Origin: an uncultured Ignavibacteriales bacterium
GTDB lineage: Bacteria > Bacteroidota > Ignavibacteria > Tepidaquicellales > OLB5
NCBI GenBank assembly: GCA_964461265.1
Contig: CAYWTS010000007.1
Span: 10,906-74,905 of the forward strand
DNA: 64,000 bases
Reading direction: 5' to 3'
Below, piece after piece: positions 18,511 through 29,514 of this stretch (position 1 is its first letter; every line of letters starts with the position of its first letter). The notes under the pieces were generated by a model. The model did no database searches. It had not been told where the DNA came from and saw only the letters and a list, made by a program, of their open reading frames with translations. A program made the translations under genes and the position numbers.

Positions 18511-20121
18511 TTGCGTTACAAAACCGACATACTTGTTATAGGAAGCGGTATAGCCGGGCTCTCGTTTGCGCTGAAAGCTTCGAAATATGCACGTGTACTT
18601 ATTATCACAAAAAAAGAAAAAGCAGAATCAAATACTAACTATGCACAGGGCGGCATTGCTTCGGTTGTAAGCCCGCAAGACAGCTATGAATCACACATCA
18701 GTGATACATTGAGCTGCGGCGCAGGTTTGTGCCATATTAAGGCTGTTGAGCAAATTGTAACCCACGGTCCAAGACTCATTAATGAACTTATACAGCTTGG
18801 TGTTGAATTCTCTACTCATAAAGGCTCGCTTGACCTTGGCAAAGAAGGCGGACATACTAACAGAAGAATTGTCCATGCCAAAGACCTGACAGGTAAAGTA
18901 ATAGAAACAGCCTTACTGCATAACGTTGCAAATAATAAAAATATAACAATCCTTGAGCATCATACAGCTGTTGAATTAATTACTGAACATCATTTAACCG
19001 GACATAAAACAGGAAATATTAATTGTTACGGTGCTTATATATTCGATGAACAGAAGAACCTTATTCATATAGTTCATTCCAAACTCACGGTAATATGTTC
19101 AGGCGGAATCGGACAGGTTTATATGCATACAACCAACCCCTCGATAGCAACTGGCGACGGCATAGCTATGGCTTACCGCAGCGGTTCGGTTATTGCGAAT
19201 ATGGAATTTATTCAGTTTCACCCCACCAGCTTATTTGAACACGGATGGGAAAGACAATCTCACGCATTCCTTATATCTGAATCTATAAGAGGTGCAGGTG
19301 CCGAACTGAGAACAAAAGACGGCAGAAAGTTCATGCATAAATATGATAAACGTTCTTCGCTGGCTCCCAGGGATATCGTTGCGCGAGCCATTGACTCTGA
19401 AATGAAAAAAAGGGGTGATGAATATGTTTACCTTGACTGCAAACGGATAAGTAAAAAAATTTTAACATCAAGTTTCCCCAATATTTATAATAAATGCAAA
19501 GAAATAGGGCTGAATCTTCCTAAAGATTACATCCCTGTTGTTCCTTCAGCCCATTACATATGCGGCGGTATAGTCACAGACCTGCAGGGCAGAACCACCA
19601 TCGGGAATTTATACGCTCTGGGCGAATCGGCGATGACCGGAGTTCACGGCGCAAACCGGCTTGCTTCCAATTCTTTACTGGAGGCACTGGTATTTTCCGA
19701 TTATGCATCCAAAGACTGCCAGCTGAATCTTAAAGGGAAAAAACTTACCAGCATATCAACGAAAGAAATCCCCGACTGGGATGATAGCGGAACAGTAAAT
19801 GCAGAGGAATGGGTAATAATTTCACAAAGCAGAAACGAAATCCGCGAAATTATGTCAAAATATGTGGGAATAGTAAGGTCTAATTACAGGTTAAAGCTTG
19901 CACTAAAAAGAATAATTAACATCAGGTCTGAAATAAAAGATTTTTATCGCAGAACAAGGATCAACCGTGAACTGCTTGAATTACGTAATATTGCATTGAA
20001 TTCATATCTTGTAATAAGATGCGCACTTAAACGTAAAGAATCACGTGGGCTGCATTATAATACCGATTATCCGAAAATGAACAAAAATTTTGAGCATGAT
20101 ACACTGATAACCAATAAATAA
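18511..20121 (+). CDS. nadB: L-aspartate oxidase
   Basis: FAD motif VIGSGIAGL, plus YAQGGIA, HPT, GANRLASNSLLE and ESRGLHY. TTG start 1 nt after the rng stop. Confidence 0.9.
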   Translation: MRYKTDILVIGSGIAGLSFALKASKYARVLIITKKEKAESNTNYAQGGIASVVSPQDSYESHISDTLSCGAGLCHIKAVEQIVTHGPRLINELIQLGVEFSTHKGSLDLGKEGGHTNRRIVHAKDLTGKVIETALLHNVANNKNITILEHHTAVELITEHHLTGHKTGNINCYGAYIFDEQKNLIHIVHSKLTVICSGGIGQVYMHTTNPSIATGDGIAMAYRSGSVIANMEFIQFHPTSLFEHGWERQSHAFLISESIRGAGAELRTKDGRKFMHKYDKRSSLAPRDIVARAIDSEMKKRGDEYVYLDCKRISKKILTSSFPNIYNKCKEIGLNLPKDYIPVVPSAHYICGGIVTDLQGRTTIGNLYALGESAMTGVHGANRLASNSLLEALVFSDYASKDCQLNLKGKKLTSISTKEIPDWDDSGTVNAEEWVIISQSRNEIREIMSKYVGIVRSNYRLKLALKRIINIRSEIKDFYRRTRINRELLELRNIALNSYLVIRCALKRKESRGLHYNTDYPKMNKNFEHDTLITNK

Positions 20122-20215
20122 AAAATTTCCATGCTTGGTGTATTTATAGAACACACATCTTAATACATACATAGGAATCAGCCTTTTAAGTATCAGGAAT
20201 AAAAATATAATATAA

Positions 20216-22660
20216 ATGAGCAAACCACCTGTAATTTTGACAACCCAATTAAATTATAAGCATAAGCTTGGGCTTTTGCTCACTGCTTTAAGCACATTGC
20301 TTCTGGAATTTGCTTTGATCCGTGTATTATCGGTTTCGCTCTGGTATCACTTTGCGTTTATGATAATAAGCATAGCCCTGCTGGGACTTGGAATAAGCGG
20401 TGTAGCTATTACTATTTCCAGCAGGATAAAAAACTCCGATACAAACGTTTTTATTACTCTGGTTTCGGTACTTTACAGCTTATCTATTCTACTGAGTTTT
20501 TATATTATAAACAAAATTCCATTTGACCCGTTTAGCCTTTTAATCCATCCCCTGCAATGGGCTTACCTGCCTTTATATTATATTGTGATTACATTGCCAT
20601 TTTTCTTTTCGGGATTAATAATCGGCAAGCTTTTTATAACATTTAAAAAAGATATTAGACGGCTGTATTTTTTCGACCTGTTTGGTGCAGGGCTAAGCTG
20701 TTTTGTTTTTATTGCTGTTCTTCCTGAATTCGGAGGCACGGGCGGCGTTATAACAGCATCGCTTATTGCAGCATTAAGTGCCATTATTTTTTCGTTCATT
20801 AAGAATAAGTTTAGCATGATTGCTGTGATATCCGGGTTATCGTTAATTATTGTGAACGGACTGTTTTACACCGATCCCGAAGGATACCTTCCTATCAGAT
20901 TTTCGGATAACAAAATTTACGGTACATTTATGACCGAAAATCCGGAATTAAGACTAATGACAAAATGGAATTCGTTCTCGCGTGTAGATGTATATAAAGA
21001 TGAAGACCCGCCAGTTGACGAGTATCCGGTTTATACTGCAATAATAGATGCAGGCAATTCAACTACTAATATCCCGTTTGTACCTGAAGTGAAAGATTCA
21101 CTTCCTCCTCCGCTTGACGCTTCAAACCTTGCAATGATTCTGAAAAAAGATACAGCCAGCGTTTTTGTTATCGGTTCCGGAGGAGGAGGTGAAATACTTT
21201 CGGCTTTGGCTCATAATGCCAAAACTGTTACAGCGGTGGAAATCAACGGTATATTAAACGACCTGATTGAAAAAGATTATTCAGCTTACTGGACAAAAGG
21301 CATAGCAAAAAATAAAAAAGTAAATATTATTACCGATGATGCCAGAAATTACATCCGCCGCAAACGCATAAAATGGGATGTAATAATAAGTGCTCATACA
21401 ATCTCAGCATCTGCAACCAATAGCGGTGCAATGTCGCTTGTAGAAAACTACATCATGACCGAAGAAGCTGTTATCGATTACCTTCAGCACTTAAAAACAG
21501 ACGGGGTTCTTTACATCACACGCCCCGAACCGCAGATACCGCGTTTGATAACTACGATTCGTACGGCACACGCAACAATGGGAGGACTGAATCTTAAAAA
21601 CCAGTTCTTCGTATTTAAGCGACCTGCCGATGAGCTTGAACAGGATGTCAGTTACCTTTCTGGTGTTTTATATAAAAAAGACGGCTTCAGCGAGTATGAC
21701 ATCCAAATATTGAAAACACAGGCAAACATACTCGGACTTTTAACCGAATACGACCCCGTTTCAAAACAGGAAGGTATATATAAGGATTTAATTGAAAGCG
21801 ATAATTTACAGGGAACTATTAAAAAATACCCCCAACAACTACATCCGGCAACCGATGATAAACCTTATTTTGAACATTTAACAAAATTTACTGATGTAAA
21901 TTTAACCACCTTCAAAGAATCGTTCTCACAGGATGAACGGGCAATTATTACTTTGGTTCAGAAACCTGCTGCTGAATCAGCTTTGATAGTAATTCTTGTA
22001 CAGGCAGCAATAATATCTGGATTACTTTTATTATTACCAATATTTATTAAATTCCGGAAGAATGAAAAGCTGATTAAAATTAAAAAATGGAAATATTTTA
22101 TTTATTTTGCTTTACTTGGACTTGGCTATATAATGATAGAAATCTGCCTGGTCCAAAAGTTCACTTTATTTCTCGGGCAGCCTGTTTATACTTTGCTGAC
22201 GGTTATTTCGACACTCCTGATATTTTCAGGAATAGGAAGCATACTATCCGATAAACTAGTTAAGCTGCTTAAGGGCAGGTATATCATTATTTTTATACTC
22301 ATAACACTTCTAACAGCTATTATAGGATTATTTAATACTGCGATTTTTAATCTCTTCGTTAGGGCAGATATTATCTGGAGAGTAATAATATCGGTAATAA
22401 TAATTGCACCGCTTGCATTTCTTATGGGAATTCCCTTTCCCTATGGTTTCACCAAAGTTCCTGTACCCGAAAGTGCAAAAGGAGAGAAGAATACCATGCT
22501 CACAGCTTACAGCTGGGGTATAAACTGTTTCTTCTCGGTTATAGGTTCTATATTGGTAGTAATTTTCTCGATGAGCTTAGGATTTAGGTTTGTGTTTATA
22601 CTTTCTGCATTAATATATACAGGTGCAATGTTTACGGTGAGGCGGTTTGAAACCAAGTAA
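20216..22660 (+). CDS. Polytopic membrane protein with central spermidine-synthase-like (SAM-fold) domain
   Basis: About 7 N-terminal and 6 C-terminal TM helices flank VFVIGSGGGGEIL...AVEING...ITDDARNYI...WDVIIS, which has the order of SpeE-like motifs. Confidence 0.6.
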   Translation: MSKPPVILTTQLNYKHKLGLLLTALSTLLLEFALIRVLSVSLWYHFAFMIISIALLGLGISGVAITISSRIKNSDTNVFITLVSVLYSLSILLSFYIINKIPFDPFSLLIHPLQWAYLPLYYIVITLPFFFSGLIIGKLFITFKKDIRRLYFFDLFGAGLSCFVFIAVLPEFGGTGGVITASLIAALSAIIFSFIKNKFSMIAVISGLSLIIVNGLFYTDPEGYLPIRFSDNKIYGTFMTENPELRLMTKWNSFSRVDVYKDEDPPVDEYPVYTAIIDAGNSTTNIPFVPEVKDSLPPPLDASNLAMILKKDTASVFVIGSGGGGEILSALAHNAKTVTAVEINGILNDLIEKDYSAYWTKGIAKNKKVNIITDDARNYIRRKRIKWDVIISAHTISASATNSGAMSLVENYIMTEEAVIDYLQHLKTDGVLYITRPEPQIPRLITTIRTAHATMGGLNLKNQFFVFKRPADELEQDVSYLSGVLYKKDGFSEYDIQILKTQANILGLLTEYDPVSKQEGIYKDLIESDNLQGTIKKYPQQLHPATDDKPYFEHLTKFTDVNLTTFKESFSQDERAIITLVQKPAAESALIVILVQAAIISGLLLLLPIFIKFRKNEKLIKIKKWKYFIYFALLGLGYIMIEICLVQKFTLFLGQPVYTLLTVISTLLIFSGIGSILSDKLVKLLKGRYIIIFILITLLTAIIGLFNTAIFNLFVRADIIWRVIISVIIIAPLAFLMGIPFPYGFTKVPVPESAKGEKNTMLTAYSWGINCFFSVIGSILVVIFSMSLGFRFVFILSALIYTGAMFTVRRFETK

Positions 22661-22798
22661 TATGTCATTTGATTTTATGTTCTAAATACTATTGTAAACT
22701 TTAAGTAGGGGTTTGATTCAACCAACCACACCTTTATATTTAATAAAGCGGATCTTTTAAAACTCGCTTTTATTTATTAAAAGTTTAAATTATTCTGT

Positions 22799-23206
22799 TT
22801 AAAAATAATCTTTAACCTCCAATTCTTTCCATTTAATATAATCTTGGATTACGTTCTGTGATGAAATCATAACCTGGAAAGCCACTTCAGCGTCATCAAA
22901 ATAACCAAGGGGATAAGAAGTGTCAGGGATATAATCACCGGGTGATAAAAAATATTTAAGTGCCAGAACAACAGAAGATATAGTTTCGGCATCGAAATTC
23001 CTGTATGTCCTGTTTGCGTGGTCTTCAAGCATTAAGCTGAAAAGCTTAACCTGGTTATGGAGCTTTGGAAACACATTCTTATCGATAATATCAAGCTTAC
23101 TGTTTATTTCAGTCTTACGGTTAATAAGCAATTCTACATCTTCATTTCTGACTTTTCTGGCAGTTTCCTTTATTTCTTTTTTAGTTGGTATTTTTTGTTC
23201 GTTCAT
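22799..23206 (-). CDS. Hypothetical soluble protein (weak DUF1232-like motif)
   Basis: 135 aa with a coding-like composition. YIPDTSYPLGYFDDAEVA resembles the DUF1232 IPD..P..G..DD motif, but no TM helix is present. Confidence 0.35.
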   Translation of the reverse strand: MNEQKIPTKKEIKETARKVRNEDVELLINRKTEINSKLDIIDKNVFPKLHNQVKLFSLMLEDHANRTYRNFDAETISSVVLALKYFLSPGDYIPDTSYPLGYFDDAEVAFQVMISSQNVIQDYIKWKELEVKDYF

Positions 23207-23340
23207 ATTTTGGTTTATTAATTTTTGTATGTTATGCGGAATTCCCGTTGGTCAATCCCCGCAGTTACTTAATGAACTCCAGCAGTAGCTAAGGTTTTAG
23301 CGTGCAGGTATTAAACTTCATCCCCTGTAAACCCGATACT

Positions 23341-24654
23341 CTAAACTCTTTTTATATTTGCTCCAATACCCCTGAACTTTTCTTCTATATTTTCATAGCC
23401 GCGGTCTATATGTTCAATGCCAGTAATACAGCTTTCTCCCTTTGCCAGCAAAGCTGCAATAAGATAAGAAAAACCTGCCCTGATATCAGGGACACAAATT
23501 TTTGCCGGCATAAGCTCCGTAATACCCCTCACTACAGCACTGTGCTTGTAATTAGTATTAACAAAACGGCAAGCAGTGCTGCCAAGGCATTGTGCATAAA
23601 GCTCGATATCGGCACCCATTTTCTTCAGTTCGTTAACATAACCGAAGCGGTTCTCATAAACAGTTTCGTGTACAATTGAAACACCTTTTGCCTGAGTAAG
23701 AAGTAAAGTGAACGGCGGCTGCCAGTCGGTCATAAATCCCGGATGAACGTCGGTTTCAACAGGGATTGATTTCAATGGTTTTTCGTAAAAGAAACGGATA
23801 CCTTTATCCAATATTTCATAATCTGCACCTATTAAGCGGATCGAGTTCAGAAATGTAATCATATCATCCTGACGGGCACCTATTAAAGTGACTTCACCTT
23901 TAGATGCAATTGCAGCACAGGCGAATGATGCAGCTTCAAGCCTGTCGGGAATAACATTATGAACAGCTCCGTTAAGCTCCTTTACACCAGTGATTATTAT
24001 TGTGCGGTTAGTATGGATATCTATAATAGCACCCATTTTCTGAAGAAATTTTATCAGGTCGATAATCTCCGGTTCGATTGCTGCATTGTGTATAAATGTT
24101 TTTCCTTCTGCTAAACAGGAGGATATAATTATATTTTCAGTTGCACCTACCGAAGGATATTCCAGGTTAATATTAGCACCGTAGAGCCTGTTAGCTTTAA
24201 GCAAAAAGAAATTTTTATATTCCCTGATTTCAGCACCCAGTTTTCTTAAGGCATCGAGGTGGAAGTTTATTGGCCTTGTTCCAATACGGTCACCGCCGAG
24301 TTTGGGAATTTTAGCCTCGCCCGTACGGTTTAAAAGCGGACCTGTGGTAAGAATACCGATACGGTTAATTAAACCTAATTCAACAGAGAAAGTTGTGCTG
24401 CTGAAATTCCTTGTCTGAACTATGACTTCGTTTTTATCCCATTTCGAGAATTTTGCACCAAGTGCTTCACATATTTTGCGTGTAATTAAAAGCTCGCCAA
24501 TACCGGCCGGGCAGTTTGTAATTTTACATTGTGCATCTGTAAGAAGTGATGATATAAGAAGTTTGGAAGCAGAATTTTTTGCACCGCTTATCCTAATTTG
24601 ACCGTAAAGGGGTTTCCCCCCCTTAACAATAAATCTTGTTTTCTTTTTTATCAT
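23341..24654 (-). CDS. murA: UDP-N-acetylglucosamine 1-carboxyvinyltransferase
   Basis: IRISGAKNSA N-terminus, GGDRIGTRPI, active-site-loop region, and GIEHIDRGYENIEEKFRGIGANI at the C-terminus. Confidence 0.92.
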   Translation of the reverse strand: MIKKKTRFIVKGGKPLYGQIRISGAKNSASKLLISSLLTDAQCKITNCPAGIGELLITRKICEALGAKFSKWDKNEVIVQTRNFSSTTFSVELGLINRIGILTTGPLLNRTGEAKIPKLGGDRIGTRPINFHLDALRKLGAEIREYKNFFLLKANRLYGANINLEYPSVGATENIIISSCLAEGKTFIHNAAIEPEIIDLIKFLQKMGAIIDIHTNRTIIITGVKELNGAVHNVIPDRLEAASFACAAIASKGEVTLIGARQDDMITFLNSIRLIGADYEILDKGIRFFYEKPLKSIPVETDVHPGFMTDWQPPFTLLLTQAKGVSIVHETVYENRFGYVNELKKMGADIELYAQCLGSTACRFVNTNYKHSAVVRGITELMPAKICVPDIRAGFSYLIAALLAKGESCITGIEHIDRGYENIEEKFRGIGANIKRV

Positions 24655-24727
24655 TATTTTGTTTCAACCAGTCTGTGTACAAGCAGTAAGCTGAACAGAT
24701 TCCCTCTTGAGCGGGAATGACAGCAAA

Positions 24728-25678
24728 TTACCCTTCCCAGTATCCCATTGCACTGTACTTTTTAATACGCAAGTCGAGGAATTTATCAGGGTTGATTTTT
24801 TCAAGCGATATCAGTTCTTCAAGTAAAACTTCTTTCAAAATCCTGGCTGCTTCTTGGTGGCTGCGGTGTGCACCGCCTTCCGGTTCGGGCACAATCCTGT
24901 CAATAATGCCGTGTTTCAACAAATCCGGGGCTGTAAGCTGAAGTGCTTCTGCAGCCTGTTCTTTATAATCCCAGCTGCGGAAAAGAATACTTGAACATGA
25001 CTCAGGTGATATCACCGAATACCAGCAGTACTGCAGCATAAGTGTTCTGTCACCCACCCCGATTCCGAAAGCACCTCCAGAAGCACCTTCTCCAATTATA
25101 CATACAATAATAGGTGTTTTCAACCTCGACATTTCCTGGATATTGCGTGCAATTGCTTCAGCCTGCCCGCGTTCTTCGGCATCAATACCCGGATTAGCCC
25201 CTGGTGTATCTATGAGTGTAATAACAGGTCTTCCGAATTTCTCAGCAAGTTTCATCAGTCTTAAAGCTTTGCGGTAACCGTCCGGGTTCATCATACCGAA
25301 ATTGCGGTAAATATTAGATTTGGTGTCTCTGCCCTTTTGCTGACCGATTATCATAACCGGTTTATTATCGAGCATGGCGAATCCGCCAACTACAGCTTTA
25401 TCATCCTTATAATTCCTGTCGCCGTGCAGTTCATGAAAATGCTCAGTCATTAAGTAAATGTAATCGAGGCTGTAAGGTCTATCGGGGTGTCGTGCTATTT
25501 GCACAATCTGCCATCTGGTTAAATTCTGGTAAACCTGCAACCGCAGTTCGTTAACTTTTTTCTCGAGTTTATTAATTTCCACCGAAATGTCAAACTCACC
25601 TGAGAATTTACGCATTTCATCGATTTTTTGCTCAAGCTCAATAATCGGTTTTTCAAATTCAAGTATAAAACCCTTCAT
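24728..25678 (-). CDS. accA: Acetyl-CoA carboxylase carboxyltransferase alpha subunit
   Basis: [44 protein letters not shown] and IGEGASGGA motifs. Confidence 0.92.
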   Translation of the reverse strand: MKGFILEFEKPIIELEQKIDEMRKFSGEFDISVEINKLEKKVNELRLQVYQNLTRWQIVQIARHPDRPYSLDYIYLMTEHFHELHGDRNYKDDKAVVGGFAMLDNKPVMIIGQQKGRDTKSNIYRNFGMMNPDGYRKALRLMKLAEKFGRPVITLIDTPGANPGIDAEERGQAEAIARNIQEMSRLKTPIIVCIIGEGASGGAFGIGVGDRTLMLQYCWYSVISPESCSSILFRSWDYKEQAAEALQLTAPDLLKHGIIDRIVPEPEGGAHRSHQEAARILKEVLLEELISLEKINPDKFLDLRIKKYSAMGYWEG

Positions 25679-27678
25679 AACTTATTTATTTTCTTTCTAA
25701 ATATGAATAGTGATAAAGTCTTTAATAATATTTCAAGATCAAACCAAAAAGACTGGTTCTTAGCGTAATAATAATTGAAGTATTCGATATCATCACTGCT
25801 TAATTCTCTGTAATAATTAATTTGAACAAGTCCTGTTAAACCGTGCTTACCAAGATATTGTTTGCCTGCAGAAGTAGTATCCCAGGTTGCCCTTCCAACA
25901 AAACTGTACTTCCCATTAATTACCTGCGGGATAAGTAAAAGTTTCTTATGAAATTTATGGCTGCTTTCTCTACTGTTTGCAAGTTTTGAATATAAAAATG
26001 CTGCCGGGAAAAGAGAAACTAAACAAATCAGCCCGAATATTAAATCAAAACATCTTTTAACAAATATATTAATTTTCTTGTTGATATTATATTCAATCTG
26101 CATAAGATAGATATTCCCTATCCTATCAAGCTGTGATTTACCAAGAATAAGATCGCTATCGCCTGATAAAATTTTATAATTCAAATTAAAATTTTTCAGA
26201 TTCCACATAGTATCAATCACCTGCTGGTTGGTAAGCACATTCTTTGCAAAAATAATCTCCTTAACTTTATATGCTTTAACAACATCTCCGATATTGTTCA
26301 AATTACCGATATATTCATCCGAATGTTTCGGATTTGCACTGATATATCCTATAAAATAATGATAAGAATCGGGGCGGTGTTTATGCTTAGTTAAGAACTT
26401 TTCAGTATCGGTGTTTTTACCTACAACTAGGGTATTATAAGCTTTATAGATTAAATTTTTCTGTGATGAATATTCTTTAATTTTTACAATAAGACGCCAC
26501 AATCCCAGTAATGCGAATATATAAGCAGCTGACCTTAAAACCACAACCCTTGAAAAAGCATATTCTTTAAAATAATACGTAAAAGCGGAGTTCACAAAAA
26601 AGCCTATAAGTATTGCACTGAAAGGTTTCATGAGTGAAAAACGGTTGGTTTGCTTGTAGCTCCCTACAAATGTTAGTGCCGTTAACCAAATAATTGTATA
26701 GACAATAATTGGAACAGTGTATGCTTCGAGAGGAAAGTATTCAAATCTTAAATAAATTGAAGCCAGCTGCGCTACAATAATAAGGATGAGATCCAGTATT
26801 GCAGGATAGGTATTTGCAATAAATCGCTTAAGGTAAGAGAAAAAGGAGCGGTAACTTATGCTGATTCGAATCAGAAAGTTTAATATCCATGAGCTTTGTT
26901 TCAGATTCTTTTCAGCAAATATTTTCATCGCACCGTAAAAGTTATTAACATAGGAAACGCTGCTTTTGCGGGTACTTTCTCCTTTATAATGGATTATGCT
27001 TGTACCGCTGTAGTAATAATTTTTATAACCGGCATTCTTAATCCTGAAACACAAGTCTATATCTTCACCGTACATAAAATAATCTTCATCGAAACCTCCG
27101 ACCTGTTCAAAGATACGCCTGCTTATAAACATAAAAGCACCGACAATTGCATCTACTTCATAAGTTTCGTTTTCATCGAGGTAGGTAAGATTATACCTGG
27201 CAAATTTTCTGCTTTTAGGAAATAACCTGCTTAATCCGATCATTCTATAAATTGCGACCGATGCAGACGGAAAACTTCTGCGGCAAGCCAGGTCAAGTTT
27301 TCCATTCGGTAAAACAAGCTTGCAGGTTAGTGCTCCTGCTAAAGGATTCTGTTTATAATAATCCAGGCATTTTGTTAATGTATCTTCCTGTAAAATTGTA
27401 TCGGGATTCAAAATTAACAGATAGTCACCGCTTGCCTGACGAACCCCGATATTATTTGCCTTCGCAAATCCGAAATTGGACTCATTTTCAATTATCTTTA
27501 AATTTTCGAGATGCGGAAATTTCTTCTGTATGAATTCAACACTGCCGTCAAATGAATTATTATCTACAACTATTATTTCTGTATTAACTTTTTTCGAAGC
27601 ATCTAAGATAGATGTAATGCAGTTAGCAAGATGCTCTTTTACGTTAAAGTTTACGATTATAATAGAAAGCTCCGGCAT
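25675..27678 (-). CDS. Fusion protein: GT2 glycosyltransferase + polytopic membrane region + degenerate WbaP-like phosphoglycosyl-transferase domain
   Basis: The N-terminus has IIIVNFN...[10 protein letters not shown]...LNPD...ED(I)D, which is GT2. The middle has about 5 TM helices and a Rossmann-like TLVVGKN segment. The C-terminus aligns to the PGT at 29515-30891 but lacks about 50 aa, including KFRSM and the DE of DE(I/L)PQL. Confidence 0.7.
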   Translation of the reverse strand: MPELSIIIVNFNVKEHLANCITSILDASKKVNTEIIVVDNNSFDGSVEFIQKKFPHLENLKIIENESNFGFAKANNIGVRQASGDYLLILNPDTILQEDTLTKCLDYYKQNPLAGALTCKLVLPNGKLDLACRRSFPSASVAIYRMIGLSRLFPKSRKFARYNLTYLDENETYEVDAIVGAFMFISRRIFEQVGGFDEDYFMYGEDIDLCFRIKNAGYKNYYYSGTSIIHYKGESTRKSSVSYVNNFYGAMKIFAEKNLKQSSWILNFLIRISISYRSFFSYLKRFIANTYPAILDLILIIVAQLASIYLRFEYFPLEAYTVPIIVYTIIWLTALTFVGSYKQTNRFSLMKPFSAILIGFFVNSAFTYYFKEYAFSRVVVLRSAAYIFALLGLWRLIVKIKEYSSQKNLIYKAYNTLVVGKNTDTEKFLTKHKHRPDSYHYFIGYISANPKHSDEYIGNLNNIGDVVKAYKVKEIIFAKNVLTNQQVIDTMWNLKNFNLNYKILSGDSDLILGKSQLDRIGNIYLMQIEYNINKKINIFVKRCFDLIFGLICLVSLFPAAFLYSKLANSRESSHKFHKKLLLIPQVINGKYSFVGRATWDTTSAGKQYLGKHGLTGLVQINYYRELSSDDIEYFNYYYAKNQSFWFDLEILLKTLSLFIFRKKINKL

Positions 27679-27684
27679 CAGATG

Positions 27685-28404
27685 CTAAATTTTATTAAAT
27701 AATGACATAAATCTAAGTTTCCAAACCATAAACATTGCTTCGTGTACTATTTTTTTTGACATTTTAGATACACCTTCGCGGCGGTCAATAAAAACAATTG
27801 GGATCTCGGTTAGTTTAAAACCTTTCTTCCATAACCTGTATTTCATTTCAATCTGGAAAGAATATCCGTTCGATTTAACCGAATCAAGGTCAATTTGCTT
27901 TAATGCTTCGACCCTGTAACACATAAAGCCCGCTGTAACATCTTTTACCGGTAAAAAAGTAATAAGCCTTGTATAATAACTGGCAAAAATACTTATTATC
28001 AGTCTGTTTAAAGGCCAGTTAACAACTGCAATGCCTTTAATATACCTTGAACCGATTACAAGATCGTAATTTTTAATTTTTTCTAAGAATTCAGGAATTG
28101 TATTCGGATCGTGTGAAAAATCCGCATCCATCTCGAAAACAAAATCGTAAACATTTTGGATAGCGTATTTAAATCCAGTTATATATGCCGTTCCTAGTCC
28201 CATTTTCTTTTCTCTGTCGATAACATAAACGTTTTGTTTTCCCAAATCTTTAACCAGCTTTGACGTACCGTCGGAGGAATTATCATCTACAACAAGTATA
28301 TCAAGTTTTACATCCTTAATATTTAATGAATCGATTGCTTCAACAAGCTTGACGATATTATCAGCTTCATTAAAAGTAGGAATTATGATTAATGCCTTTT
28401 GCAT
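27685..28404 (-). CDS. Polyprenol-phosphate sugar synthase (Dpm1/GtrB-like GT2)
   Basis: IIPTFNEADNI...VVDDNSSDGT...GLGTAY...MDADFSHDP...GSRY, 239 aa, soluble type. Confidence 0.8.
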   Translation of the reverse strand: MQKALIIIPTFNEADNIVKLVEAIDSLNIKDVKLDILVVDDNSSDGTSKLVKDLGKQNVYVIDREKKMGLGTAYITGFKYAIQNVYDFVFEMDADFSHDPNTIPEFLEKIKNYDLVIGSRYIKGIAVVNWPLNRLIISIFASYYTRLITFLPVKDVTAGFMCYRVEALKQIDLDSVKSNGYSFQIEMKYRLWKKGFKLTEIPIVFIDRREGVSKMSKKIVHEAMFMVWKLRFMSLFNKI

Positions 28405-29513
28405 CAGACAGATTTTAAGAATTTAATTACAAAAGATGAAATATATTCTACTTGTTCAATGCTTAACTCACTGTGCATAGGCAGTGAAATAACCTCTTTG
28501 CAAAGTTTTTCGGAAACCGGAAAATCTCCTTCCTTGTAATCGTATCTGTAAGCTTTTTGGAGATGCAATGGAACAGGGTAATAAATCATTGACGGAATAT
28601 CGTTATCTTTCAGGAATGAATGTAATTTATCCCTGTCTTTTATCTTTATCGTATACTGATGGTAAATGTGCCTGTTATACGGTAATACAAAGGGAATTTG
28701 CACATGAGAGCTAAGCAATAAGTTATATTCAGATGCTGCTCTAATTCTTGCTTTATTATATTTCTCGAGATATTTTAATTTCACATTAAGTATTGCAGCT
28801 TGAACAGAATCGAGTCTGCTGTTAATACCCGGAATTTCATGGTAGTATCTTTCACGCGAGCCATGAGAAGCAATCATTCTCATTTTATCAGCAAGCCCGT
28901 TATCGTTAGTTGTAACCATACCCGCATCACCGTAAGCACCCAGGTTTTTGCTGGGGAAAAAACTCAAAGCCCCGATATGCCCGATATTAGCAACTTTATT
29001 CCCTTTATATTCAGCCCCTATAGCCTGAGCAGCATCCTCGATAACAACAAGATTATAAGAATTTGCAAGATTCATTATCCTGTCCATTTCAGCGGATTGA
29101 CCGTAAAGATGAACAGGAATTATTGCTTTTGTTTTCCGGGTTATCTTTTCTTCTATCTTATTAACATCAATATTAAATGTATCTTCATTAACATCAACGT
29201 AGATTGGTTTAGCACCAAGAATAGCAATGGTTTCGGTGGTAGCTACAAAAGTAAAGGGTGTGGTTATGATTTCATCCCCCGGTTTAATATTTACAGCCAT
29301 CATGGCAATTTGCAGAGCCTCGGTACCTGATGCACATCCGATTGCGTGTTTGCATCCTAAATAGGCAGAAATATTTTTCTCAAATTCACGTACAATTTGC
29401 CCCTGTATAAACTGTGTGGAATCGAGGACACTTTGAATGGCTGCGTTTATTTCAGATTTAATCTCCATATACTGAGTCTTTAAATCAACCATTTTTATAT
29501 CGAAACTTTTCAA
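28404..29513 (-). CDS. DegT/DnrJ/EryC1/StrS-family sugar aminotransferase
   Basis: GTEALQIA, TPFTFVAT, EDAAQAIGA and SFFPSKNLG (PLP lysine) motifs. Confidence 0.85.
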   Translation of the reverse strand: MKSFDIKMVDLKTQYMEIKSEINAAIQSVLDSTQFIQGQIVREFEKNISAYLGCKHAIGCASGTEALQIAMMAVNIKPGDEIITTPFTFVATTETIAILGAKPIYVDVNEDTFNIDVNKIEEKITRKTKAIIPVHLYGQSAEMDRIMNLANSYNLVVIEDAAQAIGAEYKGNKVANIGHIGALSFFPSKNLGAYGDAGMVTTNDNGLADKMRMIASHGSRERYYHEIPGINSRLDSVQAAILNVKLKYLEKYNKARIRAASEYNLLLSSHVQIPFVLPYNRHIYHQYTIKIKDRDKLHSFLKDNDIPSMIYYPVPLHLQKAYRYDYKEGDFPVSEKLCKEVISLPMHSELSIEQVEYISSFVIKFLKSV

Positions 29514-29514
29514 A

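Noticed and set aside
28800-29330. A 176-aa plus-strand ORF. Other long antisense ORFs are similar, e.g. 33992-34411, 23302-23679, 13662-14000, 26896-27225, 54774-55211 and 58141-58482.
   Set aside because: All lie entirely antisense to genes with strong family motifs and have low-complexity, Cys/Phe/Ser-rich translations with no motifs. They are typical shadow ORFs.
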